DNA of 57,758 nt from Pseudomonadota bacterium (GCA_018623135.1 JAAZVW010000005.1:1-57758), one strand, 5' to 3'. Counted from the stretch's first letter, positions 17,465 through 28,831 are shown. Notes: a model not told the origin generated them from the letters alone. A program made the numbers and translations.

Positions 17465-18640
17465 ATGAATATTCATGAGTACCAAGCCAAAGAACTTCTT
17501 GCGAAGTTTGGCGTAAAAGTACCAGCTGGTATTATGGCCGAGTCTCCAACAGCAGCAATTGCTGCTGCTAAAGAGCTTGGTGGCGAGCTATGGGTTGTTA
17601 AGGCTCAGGTTCATGCAGGTGGTCGTGGTAAAGCAGGCGGTGTAAAACTTGCTAAATCAGTTGAAGAAGTTGGCCAACTAGCAGATGAAATGCTGGGTAC
17701 AACTTTGGTAACACACCAAACAGGCCCAGAAGGACAACCTGTTAATAAAGTGTATATTACAGAAGGTATTGATATTGCAGACGAGCTATACGTATGCATG
17801 ATGTTAGACCGTGCAACATCTCGTGTGTGTATGGTGGCTTCAGCTGAAGGTGGTGTGGATATTGAAGAGGTGGCAGAAAAAACACCAGAAGCAATTATTC
17901 GTATTTCAATAGACCCAACAACAGGTCTTATGCCGTACCAATGCCGTGATGTTGCCTTTAAACTAGGTTTAGATGCGTCTCTTGTTGGTCAAGCAACTAA
18001 GTTCTTCATGTCTTTATATGAAGCTTTTACACACACAGATGCTGACATGGTTGAAATTAACCCTATGGTTATAACAAAACAAGGTGAGCTTAACTGCCTA
18101 GATTCTAAAGTGAGCTTTGATTCTAACGCGATGTTCCGTCATAAAGACCTTGTTGAACTACGTGATGAAGAACAAGAAGATGCTAAAGAAGTGCGTGCTT
18201 CTAAACATGACCTAAGTTATATCTCGCTAGATGGTAGCATTGGTTGCATGGTAAACGGTGCTGGCCTTGCTATGGCAACAATGGATATCATTAAATACTA
18301 TGGTGGCGAGCCTGCTAACTTCCTAGACGTTGGTGGTTCTGCAACAGAAGAACGTGTGACAGAAGCCTTTAAAATCATTCTTTCAGATGAAAACGTAGAA
18401 GGTATTCTTGTCAATATCTTTGGTGGAATCATGAAATGTGATGTGATTGCACGTGGTGTACTTGCTGCAGCTAAAGAAGTTAAACTTTCTGTGCCGCTTG
18501 TTGTGCGTCTTGCAGGTACAAATGTTGAGCAAGGTAAAGAAATCCTTGCGGGTTCTGATCTACCAATTATTCCAGCGTCTGATCTTGCTGATGCAGCTGA
18601 AAAAGTTGTTAAAGCTGTTAAAGATGCTCAGGCTGCTTAA
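17465..18640 (+). CDS. sucC: succinyl-CoA synthetase beta subunit
   Basis: N-terminus [17 protein letters not shown], with an ATP-grasp region and a C-terminal [10 protein letters not shown]. Confidence 0.95.
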   Translation: MNIHEYQAKELLAKFGVKVPAGIMAESPTAAIAAAKELGGELWVVKAQVHAGGRGKAGGVKLAKSVEEVGQLADEMLGTTLVTHQTGPEGQPVNKVYITEGIDIADELYVCMMLDRATSRVCMVASAEGGVDIEEVAEKTPEAIIRISIDPTTGLMPYQCRDVAFKLGLDASLVGQATKFFMSLYEAFTHTDADMVEINPMVITKQGELNCLDSKVSFDSNAMFRHKDLVELRDEEQEDAKEVRASKHDLSYISLDGSIGCMVNGAGLAMATMDIIKYYGGEPANFLDVGGSATEERVTEAFKIILSDENVEGILVNIFGGIMKCDVIARGVLAAAKEVKLSVPLVVRLAGTNVEQGKEILAGSDLPIIPASDLADAAEKVVKAVKDAQAA

Positions 18641-18657
18641 GGGAAGGAATAAAAAAT

Positions 18658-19533
18658 ATGTCTATTTTTATTAATAAAGATACAAAAGTAATCTGCCAAG
18701 GTTACACAGGTAAAAACGGTACGTTCCATTCTGAACAAATGATTGATTATGGTACGCAATTTGTTGGTGGTGTAACACCAGGTAAGGGTGGCACGACGCA
18801 TTTGGATAAACCTGTCTTTGATACAGTAAAAGATGCCGTTAAAGCTACAGGTGCTACAGCTTCTGTTATTTTTGTACCACCTCCGTTTGCAGCGGATGCA
18901 ATTTTAGAAGCTGCAGATGCAGGTATCGAACTTTGTATTTGTATTACAGAGGGTATCCCTGTTCAGGATATGATTAAAGTTAAGAAACGTATTACAGAAT
19001 CTGACTGTCGTATGCGTCTTGTAGGCCCGAACTGCCCAGGTGTTATTACACCAGATGAATGTAAAATTGGTATTATGCCAGGTCATATTCATAAAAAAGG
19101 TAACATTGGTATTGTATCGCGTTCTGGTACACTTACATACGAAGCTGTTGCACAAACTTCAGCGGAAGGTTTTGGTCAATCTACATGTGTAGGTATTGGC
19201 GGTGACCCAGTTAATGGTACAAACTTTATTCAAGTGCTTTCAGCATTTGAAGCTGACCCTGAAACAGAATGTATTGTTATGATTGGTGAAATTGGTGGTA
19301 CAGCAGAAGAAGAAGCTGCTGACTTTATTAAATCATCAGTAACAAAACCTGTTGTTGCTTTTATTGCTGGTCAAACAGCGCCAAAAGGTAAACGTATGGG
19401 TCATGCTGGTGCGATTATTTCTGGCGGTCAAGGTACTGCTGAATCTAAAATTGCAGCTCTTAAGGATGCAGGTGTACATATTTCTGCTTCTCCTGCTGAA
19501 TTAGGTAAAACAGTTAAAGCAATTATGGGTTAA
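18658..19533 (+). CDS. sucD: succinyl-CoA synthetase alpha subunit
   Basis: Motifs [20 protein letters not shown] and the phospho-His motif GHAGAII. Confidence 0.95.
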   Translation: MSIFINKDTKVICQGYTGKNGTFHSEQMIDYGTQFVGGVTPGKGGTTHLDKPVFDTVKDAVKATGATASVIFVPPPFAADAILEAADAGIELCICITEGIPVQDMIKVKKRITESDCRMRLVGPNCPGVITPDECKIGIMPGHIHKKGNIGIVSRSGTLTYEAVAQTSAEGFGQSTCVGIGGDPVNGTNFIQVLSAFEADPETECIVMIGEIGGTAEEEAADFIKSSVTKPVVAFIAGQTAPKGKRMGHAGAIISGGQGTAESKIAALKDAGVHISASPAELGKTVKAIMG

Positions 19534-19564
19534 TTTTAAACGCTTATCTTATATTTCTTATATA

Positions 19565-19595
19565 AAAAGCACAGGTTTTAGCCTGTGCTTTTTTG
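19565..19595 (+). terminator. intrinsic terminator
   Basis: agcacagg-ttttag-cctgtgct followed by TTTTTT. Confidence 0.8.
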
Positions 19596-19716
19596 TTTAA
19601 GGTATGATGAGCTTAATAAATTTGTTGGTTTTGGGCTTATCTTTCGGCTTTTACTTTTTTTTAGTTTAGATCATCCTTATACTTTATAAGGATGGGAAGA
19701 ATAAAAAGGTAATAAA

Positions 19717-22700
19717 ATGCAGGCTGAAAAAATAACAATGCTAAGCCAAGGCTTAAAAGAATCCTTCTTAAAATGGCTTGTTTTAACATTGCTTGCGTAT
19801 TTAGGACAAAGCTTCCATTACCCAATATTTGGCGCAATTTACTTTTCTTTTGGTGGTGTGTTTTTACTCATTATTTTAAGACGCTTTGGTCTTTTACCTT
19901 CTTTAGTATCTTTTGCGATAACTTTACCTAGTTTATTTGATGGCGGTAACTTAATACATGCTCTTTTTATCATGGCGGAACTTGTTGTTCTTGATCGATT
20001 ATTAAAAGAAAAACCTAAAGATAATATTGCTTTTTTAGATGCTTTATATTGGTTTGTAGTTGGTGTGCCGCTGTATCTGTTAGTGCATTTTCTGTTCTTT
20101 CAATTATTACCTAAAGAGGTATGGTTGCCTCTTATGAGTTTAATTGTAAATGCTATTTTTTGTGCACTGCTTTCAGGCCTTATTATTCAATTACCTAAAA
20201 TTCGTAAATTGCTTGGTTTTAAGCAAAATCAAAATAGGTTTTATTTAAAACAGGCCATTTTTAATTTGCTGATTTTATTTCTTATGCTACCTGCTTTAAG
20301 TATTACGTTGTATGTGTCTAAGCAAGAAGAAAAACTGGTTGTTGAAGGTGTGCAAAAAGACCTTAGTAAAAGCTATTTTATGTTAGAAGAGCAAATATCT
20401 ACTTGGTTAAATGATAGGCATCAAAAGTGGCATGAACTAGAGGCTATGTTAAAGGCTTCTTTAAAAGGTATAAAACAAAATCAAAAAATACCTAACGAAC
20501 TTCAGCGTAAAATAGAAGCTTTTCTACAAGAAGATCCTTATTTAAAACGTATTGCAATTTTAGATGAAAGAACCGCGGTTAAGTATATAGCTTTAAAGGA
20601 AGGCTTTAAAGATAAGGGGTTTGATGACTTTGATCTTATTTTTAAAGATATACCTGATTTTACAATGGTTGATGTTAATAAGCATATTAGTTTTTCAACC
20701 GCGGTGTTTAAAGATGTTTTAAGATATCAAGAAGAACTTGTCGGCTTTATATATTTAGATTACGACCTCTCATTTATTCAAGAAATTTTAAATAAAAATG
20801 GTAATTATAAAAATGCGTCTGTAGAGCAAGGTTTACGTGTTATGCAGCATAGCACAGGCCTGTTGTTGCTAGAAGATGGCTTGCTTGTAGAGCATGAGTT
20901 TAACAAGGGTAAAAGTAATTTAGCTCAAAAAGAACTAGGGCTGTGGCACGCACCTATTTTATTTAATAGCCCTTTGCAAGAAAGTTTATATTTCCAAACT
21001 TTTCAAATGCCTCAAATGCCCAATATTGATTTTGTCTTAACAACGCAGGTAATGCCTTATCAAAAACGTATAGAGCAAGGTTATGTGGTTCACCTTAATA
21101 TTTTATTAACCTTTTTAGTGTTGGCACTTATAGCGGCATATATTACCAGCCAAAAAGTCGTCGTTCCGCTTGAAAATTTAAGCGAAGTTTCTTCTCATTT
21201 GCCGGATCGTATTCGTAATCGCCAACAAATAGATTGGCCAGAAACATCGTTAGTTGAAGTGGCCTCATTACTTCATTCATATCAAAAAATGTCTCATGTA
21301 ATGTCGGGGACTATTTCTAAATTGGAAGAAACAAAAAGGCAACTTGAACAGGAAATTTCTGTCCATGAATCTGCGCAAATCCATACGGCGAAGCAAGCAG
21401 AAATGATGCTTAACCAAATGTCAGATGCTGTGCTTGTTGTCAAAGAGATGGGTGATATCTTTTTTGTAAATGAAAAAGCAAAAGAGCTGATAGGATTAAG
21501 ACAGGATGAAATTTTTACACTTAAATTTGAACAACTTTTTTCTGAACCAGAGTTTCAACAGCTTAGGTATGTTGTTCAGCAAAAGCTTAAGCAGCAAGAT
21601 ATTGAAGATGATTATATTAAAATATCTCTGCAAAAAGAACATGGAAAACAGGTCTATGATGTTTTAACTAATGCCGTTTTGTTAGATAAAACGCCCGCTG
21701 TTTTTATGAGTTTTAGAGATGTGAGCCATAGCGATGCGATAGAAAAAACTTTGGCGGAAACACAAGGGAGATTTGATCAGGTTCTTGCCGCCTTAGGTGA
21801 TCCTGTTTTTATTTTAGATGATAATAATAACATTATAGATGTAAATAAAAATGCTGTAGATGCTTTAGAGCAGGAAAAAAATAGGTTATTAGGTTCTAGT
21901 ATTTCTGAATTTGTGACAGAAGAAGCTTATCGTGATTTTATACACACTTTAGTAGCTTTGCATAAGTCAGGCAATACTCATGTTTCATTTGAAATGACCT
22001 TTATGATAAGCGACTATAAAATGTTGAATTTTGATATTAGTTTAAGTGCTGTGTCTTCAGGTGAAAATGGCTATATTTATTTACTCGTATGTCGCGATTT
22101 GTCTACCTATAAATTTGTGCAAAAAGAACTCTATCGTGCACGAAACTCATTACAAGAAGCTTTAGAAGCGAAAAGCCGTTTCTTAGCAAATATGAGTCAT
22201 GAACTCAGAACACCAATGAATACTGTTATTAATATGGTTGATGAAATTAACCGCAAGGTTAAAGATAAAGACTTGGAAATTTCTGCTGCTAAGCTTGATA
22301 TAGCATCTGAAACATTATTGGAGTTAGTTGAGGATATGTTTGAACATGCTCAAATGGATGTTCAAAAAATTGATCTTGCTCAAGAACCGGTTCATTTATC
22401 TGAGCTTCTTAATCAGGTGTATATTGCTTATAGGCTTCATGCGGAAGAACAAGATATATCTATTAAAGTCAATCACCCCAAACAGCCTATCGAGCCTATT
22501 GTGAGCGATGGCACACGCTTAAAGCAAATTTTTCTAAAAATTGTTTCTACATTGTTGCAGGTTCAAAATAAGGGTGTGATTGATATTGATATAGATTATA
22601 AAAATGATCCGGAAAATAAAAATGCATTGTTAGTTGACGTTGTCTTTACAAATAAATCTGAGCTGGTTGATGAAGGTTATTTGGAGCATTTACAAAGTAT

Positions 22701-23313
22701 TTTAACAGATACAGATGCAGGGCTTTCTCAAGAATACAAAGGTGTTGGGCTTGCGATTGTACTTGTTAGGCAAATCGTGGAGCATATGGGGCTAACGTTA
22801 ACACTCGAATCTGAAGAAAAAGGCCTTAAATTTACTCTTTCAGGTGCTTATAGAAGAATTTTAAAAGAACGCACAAAGAAAAAGCAAGAACTTGGATTAG
22901 AAGAAATGCTTCTCGCTCTGAAAGAGCGAGAAGCTATCAAGGTTCTTAATGTAGATGATAGTCCTGATAATCGATTTATTGTTAAAATGTTGCTTAAAGA
23001 TATAGATGCAGAAATTACAGAGGCAGAAAATGGAGAAGAAGCGATTAGAGCTTTCTTTGAACAAGATTACGATATTGTTTTAATGGATATGCTTATGCCT
23101 GTTGTTGATGGCTATGAAGCAGCATCCCGTATTAAAAAACAACAATTGGAAGAAGAGTCTCGCATAACACCAATTTTAGCACTTACTGCAAATGCGTTAA
23201 AAGAAGATGAACAACGTTGTATTGATGCCGGTTGCGATGCCTATTTGGCTAAACCAATTAAAAAAGAAACATTAATTTCTAAAATTTACCACTTGTTACA
23301 TAGTGAAAAATAA
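19717..23313 (+). CDS. hybrid sensor histidine kinase / response regulator (multi-TM N-terminus, PAS repeats, HisKA, degenerate HATPase, REC)
   Basis: N-terminal hydrophobic block, a second TM around residue 460, and two PAS-like segments. H-box FLANMSHELRTPMN. Receiver with VDDSPDN, LMDMLMP, ALTA and AKPI. Confidence 0.85.
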   Translation: MQAEKITMLSQGLKESFLKWLVLTLLAYLGQSFHYPIFGAIYFSFGGVFLLIILRRFGLLPSLVSFAITLPSLFDGGNLIHALFIMAELVVLDRLLKEKPKDNIAFLDALYWFVVGVPLYLLVHFLFFQLLPKEVWLPLMSLIVNAIFCALLSGLIIQLPKIRKLLGFKQNQNRFYLKQAIFNLLILFLMLPALSITLYVSKQEEKLVVEGVQKDLSKSYFMLEEQISTWLNDRHQKWHELEAMLKASLKGIKQNQKIPNELQRKIEAFLQEDPYLKRIAILDERTAVKYIALKEGFKDKGFDDFDLIFKDIPDFTMVDVNKHISFSTAVFKDVLRYQEELVGFIYLDYDLSFIQEILNKNGNYKNASVEQGLRVMQHSTGLLLLEDGLLVEHEFNKGKSNLAQKELGLWHAPILFNSPLQESLYFQTFQMPQMPNIDFVLTTQVMPYQKRIEQGYVVHLNILLTFLVLALIAAYITSQKVVVPLENLSEVSSHLPDRIRNRQQIDWPETSLVEVASLLHSYQKMSHVMSGTISKLEETKRQLEQEISVHESAQIHTAKQAEMMLNQMSDAVLVVKEMGDIFFVNEKAKELIGLRQDEIFTLKFEQLFSEPEFQQLRYVVQQKLKQQDIEDDYIKISLQKEHGKQVYDVLTNAVLLDKTPAVFMSFRDVSHSDAIEKTLAETQGRFDQVLAALGDPVFILDDNNNIIDVNKNAVDALEQEKNRLLGSSISEFVTEEAYRDFIHTLVALHKSGNTHVSFEMTFMISDYKMLNFDISLSAVSSGENGYIYLLVCRDLSTYKFVQKELYRARNSLQEALEAKSRFLANMSHELRTPMNTVINMVDEINRKVKDKDLEISAAKLDIASETLLELVEDMFEHAQMDVQKIDLAQEPVHLSELLNQVYIAYRLHAEEQDISIKVNHPKQPIEPIVSDGTRLKQIFLKIVSTLLQVQNKGVIDIDIDYKNDPENKNALLVDVVFTNKSELVDEGYLEHLQSILTDTDAGLSQEYKGVGLAIVLVRQIVEHMGLTLTLESEEKGLKFTLSGAYRRILKERTKKKQELGLEEMLLALKEREAIKVLNVDDSPDNRFIVKMLLKDIDAEITEAENGEEAIRAFFEQDYDIVLMDMLMPVVDGYEAASRIKKQQLEEESRITPILALTANALKEDEQRCIDAGCDAYLAKPIKKETLISKIYHLLHSEK

Positions 23314-23430
23314 AAAAAGAAGCCAAAAATATAAATGAAAGGTGCTCAAAACAATTGATGATTGGTAAAACAATAGTTATATACTTATTGAAGAATAAAA
23401 ATATGAGTGCCTAAAGAGGAGACGACAAAC

Positions 23431-23658
23431 ATGACTCTAAAACGCTATGAAGTTCGATTATATAATGCACGTGTACGTGACTTGCTTGAATCTGGTGAAG
23501 AAAATAATACAGGCCTTAGTGATGAGTGGGCAGATGCCTACTATGAAGAGGTTGTAGCACCAGATGAAGAGGAAGCGAAACGTATGGTTAAAAGCTCATA
23601 CCCAACATCACAAGGTTTTGTGATTACCGAAGTGACAGAACAAGAAGAACACTATTAA
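23431..23658 (+). CDS. small acidic hypothetical protein (75 aa)
   Basis: ATG at 23431 preceded by AAGAGGAG. The ORF track starts at the GTG at 23407. No family recognised. Confidence 0.45.
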   Translation: MTLKRYEVRLYNARVRDLLESGEENNTGLSDEWADAYYEEVVAPDEEEAKRMVKSSYPTSQGFVITEVTEQEEHY

Positions 23659-23672
23659 TTGTATTGATGTAT

Positions 23673-24458
23673 TTATTTTGCAGGTGGCAGGTCTGTTGTT
23701 GAAATAATTTCATGTTCAGCATAGGCTGCCTCTGTAAAATATAATCCGTCAGGCATAAGTGTAACACCAGCGTCTTCTCGTTTATGAGATGCTAATGCTT
23801 GCTGTATTTGGCTTTCAGGTAATTTACCACGACCTATATCTACAAGAGTTCCCATAATAATGCGGATCATGTTGTGTAAAAAAGCACGACCATGAATTTC
23901 TGCTGTAATAAAATGCCCTTCTTTTGAAAGCTTGAGGCTGTAAATTTCTGTGTTTGGAGATTTGGCTTCACATTTACTACTTCTGAAGGCATTAAAGTTG
24001 TGGGCCCCAACAAGATGTTGTGCAGCGCGTTGCATTTTCTCAAAGTCTAGTTCATAGCGTACGTGGCCTGCGCGTTTGACCCAATGAGGGGACATTTGCC
24101 TACGATTAAAAATAATGTATTTATAACGACGACCGATGGCGCTAAAGCGGGCATGAAAATCTTCTGTTACTTCTTCAACTTTATAGATTGTAATTTCGGG
24201 GCCTGTTTGTGCGTTTAGAGCGTTCCTGAAGGTGTGGACATCAAAGTCACGTTGAGTCTCAAAATGAGCGACCATGCCAGTTGCGTGAACACCTGCATCG
24301 GTGCGTCCACTTGCAATAATATCAACAACTTGTCCTGTCATACGTGTGACTGCTTCTTCCAGTGCTTGTTGCACAGAGGCAAGAGGAGGATTAAGTTGTT
24401 TTTGCCAGCCGTGGAAAGAAGAACCATCGTACTCGATGTGTAGTTTTATGCGTCGCAT
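23673..24458 (-). CDS. truA: tRNA pseudouridine(38-40) synthase TruA
   Basis: N-terminus IEYDGSSFHGWQ and the catalytic motif GRTDAGVHA. Overlaps the fmt stop by 13 nt. Confidence 0.92.
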   Translation of the reverse strand: MRRIKLHIEYDGSSFHGWQKQLNPPLASVQQALEEAVTRMTGQVVDIIASGRTDAGVHATGMVAHFETQRDFDVHTFRNALNAQTGPEITIYKVEEVTEDFHARFSAIGRRYKYIIFNRRQMSPHWVKRAGHVRYELDFEKMQRAAQHLVGAHNFNAFRSSKCEAKSPNTEIYSLKLSKEGHFITAEIHGRAFLHNMIRIIMGTLVDIGRGKLPESQIQQALASHKREDAGVTLMPDGLYFTEAAYAEHEIISTTDLPPAK

Positions 24459-25360
24459 CTATCACCTACATGAAAAGAAAATCCGTTAATAACATCTGCA
24501 ATAGGCATTGGCTTTTTACCTATGCGCTGAAGTGTTTGTATGCACATGCTTTTGGTGGCGCAGGCAATAATAAGCCCATCTTTGGAAGCACTGATAATTT
24601 CGCCTACTTGCCCGTTGTGTTCTGTTACTTCAGCATCTAGTACTTTAAAAAGTTCACCTTTATAACTGAATGTGGCGCCAGGGAAGGGGCTTAAGCCTAA
24701 AACATGTTGTACGGCTATATCGGCAGAGGTATTAAAATTAATGGGTTTTTCATCTTTTAATATTTTAGGGGCATATAGAGTATCGCCGACTTGCTGTTGA
24801 GCATTGTTTTTAAAAGAAGACCAGTTATTGATGACCTCTAACATAAGTTCTGCGCCTGTTTGGCCACAAAAATCGTGCCATTGACCTGCTGTTGTGCCTG
24901 CGGCAATGGGGTAATTTTTACGTAAATAGACAGGACCAGTATCGAGGCCTTTTTCCATATGCATAATGCAGATATCTTGTGTTTTTTCTCCGCCCATAAT
25001 GGCGCGTTGTATTGGTGCTGCACCACGATATTTAGGTAAGCTACTTGGGTGCAAGTTTAGACAAGGGTAGCTGGTGACTAAGCGTTCTGGCAATAAAAGG
25101 CCGTAGGCTGCAACAACAATAAGATCTGCGTTAAGAAGATCTAGTTTATCGAGCTCTTCTGTTGTAAGTTTTTCGGGTGTATATACGTTTATATTATGTG
25201 ACTCTGCTTTAAGCTGTACGGCTGTTTTTGAAAGTTTTTTGCCACGTCCTGCTGGGCGTGGTGGTTGTGCATATACAGCAATAACCTCATGTTCTGAGCC
25301 GATAAGAGTATTGAGTGTTGGGACTGCAAAATGGGGTGAGCCCATAAAAATAACGCGCAT
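24446..25360 (-). CDS. fmt: methionyl-tRNA formyltransferase
   Basis: N-terminus MRVIFMGSPHFAVP and motif LNLHPSSLPKYRGAAPIQRAI. Follows def. Confidence 0.92.
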   Translation of the reverse strand: MRVIFMGSPHFAVPTLNTLIGSEHEVIAVYAQPPRPAGRGKKLSKTAVQLKAESHNINVYTPEKLTTEELDKLDLLNADLIVVAAYGLLLPERLVTSYPCLNLHPSSLPKYRGAAPIQRAIMGGEKTQDICIMHMEKGLDTGPVYLRKNYPIAAGTTAGQWHDFCGQTGAELMLEVINNWSSFKNNAQQQVGDTLYAPKILKDEKPINFNTSADIAVQHVLGLSPFPGATFSYKGELFKVLDAEVTEHNGQVGEIISASKDGLIIACATKSMCIQTLQRIGKKPMPIADVINGFSFHVGDRCDA

Positions 25361-25407
25361 AGAAGAAACGTCCTTAAATTATTCGCTTTGTATGTCGGTG
25401 AGTTGTT

Positions 25408-25947
25408 TTAAAGCTGCTGCTGTTTATGTTTAGCAAGCTGAGCTTTGATTTTTGTAAGTTTTGTTAAAATACGGCTGCGTTTAAGGCGGCTAATATGATC
25501 AACAAATAAAGTACCGTTGAGGTGATCCATTTCATGTTGGATGCAGGTCGCCAGTAGTCCATCGGCCTCAAAAGTAACCTCTTCGTTCTTTTCATTAAGG
25601 CCTTTTACTGTAATTTTTGCGGGACGCTCTACATCTTCAAAAAAGTTGGGTAGGCTTAGGCAACCTTCTTGGTAGACAGAAAACTCTTCTGATTCTGCAA
25701 CAATTTCTGGGTTGGCAAGTTTAATAGGGTTTGGCTTTTCACCTTCTTCTGTATTCGCGATATCGACAACAATAACACGCTTAAGCACACCTACTTGAGG
25801 TGCTGCAAGGCCAATGCCTGGTGCGTCGTACATTGTGTCGAGCATGTCATCCATAAGTTTTTGGATTTCAGCATCTACTTTTTCTACGGGCTGGGCTTCT
25901 TGTTTTAAGCGTTCATCTGGTGCGACAAGAATGTTAAGAATAGCCAT
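25408..25947 (-). CDS. def: peptide deformylase
   Basis: The three PDF motifs are present: GIGLAAPQ, EGCLS and HEMDHL. Confidence 0.95.
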   Translation of the reverse strand: MAILNILVAPDERLKQEAQPVEKVDAEIQKLMDDMLDTMYDAPGIGLAAPQVGVLKRVIVVDIANTEEGEKPNPIKLANPEIVAESEEFSVYQEGCLSLPNFFEDVERPAKITVKGLNEKNEEVTFEADGLLATCIQHEMDHLNGTLFVDHISRLKRSRILTKLTKIKAQLAKHKQQQL

Positions 25948-26115
25948 AAAAATTCCTTTACCTGCGTTTATTTAAAATTGCTTATATGTTTAAGATACAA
26001 TACTACCTTATCTCAATATAGTGACTTGGCATAAAATCTCAACAAAATTCGGGCATTTTATGCTATGATTTATTTAAATGAGATTGATTTAAAATATCTA
26101 TTGAAAGAGTTTATT

Positions 26116-26853
26116 GTGCGTATTTTGGTAACTGTAAAATCTGTTTTAGACCCCTTTTTAACACCAGAGTTAGATATAGAACATGCGCAGCTTGCTGTAA
26201 CAGGGCAAAAGCATTGCATGAACCCTTACGATGAAGTTGCCTTAGAGCAAGCGCTTAAATTTAAAGATGCAGGGCTTGCAACAGAAGTTATTGCCTTGAC
26301 AATAGGTGCAGATGAGCAGGTGTTGCGTACGGCTTTAGCTGTAGGTGCTGACAGAGCGTTAATATTTAAAGCAGATAAAGCATTAGGGCATTTAGCCCGT
26401 GCAGAGATTATGGCAAAAGTTGCACAAGAAAATGAGGTGGATTTAGTGCTTATGGGTAAGCAATCTACTGATTTTGAAAATGGTATTTTACCGAGTATGC
26501 TGGCTGAAATGCTAAAAAGACCCCATGCTGTAAATGCCCGTAAGATAGAGGTAGAGGGGCGTACGTTGAATGTAGAGGCGGAAGCAGATGAGGGTGTGGA
26601 GTTTTTTAAACTCGCGCTTCCTGCAGTTGTTTCTGCTGATTTGAGGCTTGCTAAATTGCGTTTTGTGGCGATGCCAAAGCTGATTCAGGCACGTAGAAAG
26701 CCTTTAGAGGACATCACCTATGCGCAGACAAAATATGAAGAGGCTATTTTGCAAAAATGTGATCAGCAAGAAAAACAACGTCAGCAACATATTTGCCAAA
26801 ATATTGATGAATTTGCGCAACAGCTTAAACAGCATTTAAACCAAGTTAAATAA
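26116..26853 (+). CDS. etfB: electron transfer flavoprotein beta subunit
   Basis: The GTG at 26116 gives MRILVTVKSVLDP..., the usual EtfB N-terminus. The ORF track starts 51 nt upstream at an ATG with no RBS. Confidence 0.85.
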   Translation: MRILVTVKSVLDPFLTPELDIEHAQLAVTGQKHCMNPYDEVALEQALKFKDAGLATEVIALTIGADEQVLRTALAVGADRALIFKADKALGHLARAEIMAKVAQENEVDLVLMGKQSTDFENGILPSMLAEMLKRPHAVNARKIEVEGRTLNVEAEADEGVEFFKLALPAVVSADLRLAKLRFVAMPKLIQARRKPLEDITYAQTKYEEAILQKCDQQEKQRQQHICQNIDEFAQQLKQHLNQVK

Positions 26854-26859
26854 AGGCAT

Positions 26860-27780
26860 ATGAGAGTGAAAACGTTAATTGTTCTTGAATATGATTTTGA
26901 TAAAAAAGACGTCGCTTATGTAAGCGAACGTGCTTTAGGTGCCCTTAGATTAAGTGGGCAAGTGGATGCTGTTATTTTTGCGCCAGATATTGAAAATATG
27001 CGTTTTTCTTCACCTATTACACAGGTGCATTATGGCTGTACACAAACAAATAAACCTTTGGCGAGCGACGCGGTGGTTGATGCGCTTGCGAAAATTGCCA
27101 AAGATTATGATGTTGTTTGTGCGGCGCAGACAACATGGGCGAAAGCAGCACTTGCGCGTGTGAGTACTCGGCTTAAAAGACCTATGATAACGGGGGTTTC
27201 TAAGATAAAATCTGAAGGAATTCTCATACGTAGTTTGTATGCTGGTAACTTAAATGGTGAATATACTGTAAATACGCCTTATTTGATGACACTGCGTGCA
27301 GATGCCTTTGAAGCGACTGAAAAAAATGAACATGTAAAAATTGAGCCATTTGAATTTAAGGCTGTTGAAGGTGCTTGTGAATCTGTTGATTATAAGCCGA
27401 GTAAAGAAGATTTACCATCTCTTGTAAATGCGCAGGTTGTTGTGGCGGGTGGTCAATCTGTTGGGGCTGATTTTACGCCACTTAAAAACTTAGCGCTAGA
27501 CATGCAGGCAGCTGTAGGTGCAACAAGGGCAGCGGCTGATTTAGGCTATGTGCCTTATGATTGGCAAATTGGGCAATCGGGGCATCGTATTAGCCCGAAA
27601 ATTTATTTGGGGTTAGGTGTATCGGGCGCGGCGCAGCATATCTGCGGTATTAAGCAGGCAGGACAGATTTTTGTGATTAATAAAGACCCTGAAGCGCCTA
27701 TCTTTAAACAAGCAGATTACGGGCTTGTGGCAGACATGTTTGAAGTACTACCTGATTTGAAGCGTAAGTTAAAAGAATAA
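26860..27780 (+). CDS. etfA: electron transfer flavoprotein alpha subunit
   Basis: C-terminal FAD motif PKIYLGLGVSGAAQHICG. Follows etfB after 6 nt. Confidence 0.9.
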   Translation: MRVKTLIVLEYDFDKKDVAYVSERALGALRLSGQVDAVIFAPDIENMRFSSPITQVHYGCTQTNKPLASDAVVDALAKIAKDYDVVCAAQTTWAKAALARVSTRLKRPMITGVSKIKSEGILIRSLYAGNLNGEYTVNTPYLMTLRADAFEATEKNEHVKIEPFEFKAVEGACESVDYKPSKEDLPSLVNAQVVVAGGQSVGADFTPLKNLALDMQAAVGATRAAADLGYVPYDWQIGQSGHRISPKIYLGLGVSGAAQHICGIKQAGQIFVINKDPEAPIFKQADYGLVADMFEVLPDLKRKLKE

Positions 27781-27810
27781 TTGACATTGTTTGTACTTCT
27801 TCCTCACAAT
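27781..27810 (+). promoter_or_regulatory. candidate sigma70-type promoter for hbd
   Basis: TTGACA, an 18-nt spacer, then CACAAT, immediately after the etfA stop and about 80 nt upstream of the hbd ATG. Confidence 0.3.
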
Positions 27811-27890
27811 GGAGGGGACTAACGACGAAGAGTAAGAGTATGGATATAATTCATTTCAAAAATTAAGAAAAAATAAAGTGAAAAGATAAA

Positions 27891-28766
27891 ATGAGCATTC
27901 AGAAAATTGGTATTATTGGTGGTGGTCAAATGGGTAGCGGTATCGCTCATGTGGGTGCGCTTGCGAATTATGATATTGTTATTTACGATATTTCTGACGA
28001 TTCCATCAAAAAAGGTATAGCTGCGGTTGAAAAGAATATGAACCGCCAAGTTTCTAAAGAAGAAATTACAGAGCAACAAAAAACAGAAGCTCTTGCACGT
28101 ATTCAGTCTTCAACTGAAATGGAGTCGTTACGTTCGTGCGATTTGGTTATTGAAGCTGCAACAGAGCGCGAAGAAATTAAAAAGCAAATTTTTGAAAAAC
28201 TACAAGCAGTGTTAGATGATGATGCTCTTGTGGCTTCTAATACGTCTTCTATTTCTATTACACGTTTAGCGACGTATTCTGGTCGACCTGATAAGTTTAT
28301 GGGCATGCATTTTATGAACCCAGTGCCTGTAATGAAGCTTGTAGAGCTTATTAAAGGTATTGCAACAACAGAAAAAACATACCAAGAGGTTAAAGCTGTT
28401 GCAGAACGTATGGGCAAAGTTTGTGCAACGGTTGAAGATGCGCCTGGTTTTGCTGTAAACCGCATTTTGTTGCCGATGATTAATGAAGCGATATTTACCT
28501 TGCAAAATGGTGTGGCGGATGTGACATCTATTGATGCCGCGCTTAAGTTAGGTGCAGGTTACCCGATGGGCCCGCTAACACTTGCCGACTTTATTGGTTT
28601 AGATACTTGTTTAGCGATTATGCGTGTATTGCATAATGAATTAGGGGATTCTAAATACAGACCATGTCCGTTACTTGTTAAGTATGTAGATGCGGGCTGG
28701 TTAGGTGTTAAATCTGGTAAGGGCTTTTACGATTATTCTGGTGAAAAACCTGTGCCGTCTAAGTAA
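27891..28766 (+). CDS. hbd: 3-hydroxybutyryl-CoA / 3-hydroxyacyl-CoA dehydrogenase
   Basis: Rossmann N-terminus [14 protein letters not shown], followed by NTSS, HFMNPVP and GFAVNR motifs. Confidence 0.9.
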   Translation: MSIQKIGIIGGGQMGSGIAHVGALANYDIVIYDISDDSIKKGIAAVEKNMNRQVSKEEITEQQKTEALARIQSSTEMESLRSCDLVIEAATEREEIKKQIFEKLQAVLDDDALVASNTSSISITRLATYSGRPDKFMGMHFMNPVPVMKLVELIKGIATTEKTYQEVKAVAERMGKVCATVEDAPGFAVNRILLPMINEAIFTLQNGVADVTSIDAALKLGAGYPMGPLTLADFIGLDTCLAIMRVLHNELGDSKYRPCPLLVKYVDAGWLGVKSGKGFYDYSGEKPVPSK

Positions 28767-28790
28767 AAATATTTTATTGAAATCTATTTA

Positions 28791-28819
28791 AAAGAGCCTA
28801 GTTATTAGGCTCTTTTTTT
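28791..28819 (+). terminator. intrinsic terminator
   Basis: agagccta-gttat-taggctct followed by TTTTTT. Confidence 0.8.
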
Positions 28820-28831
28820 ATGGCGTTGGCA

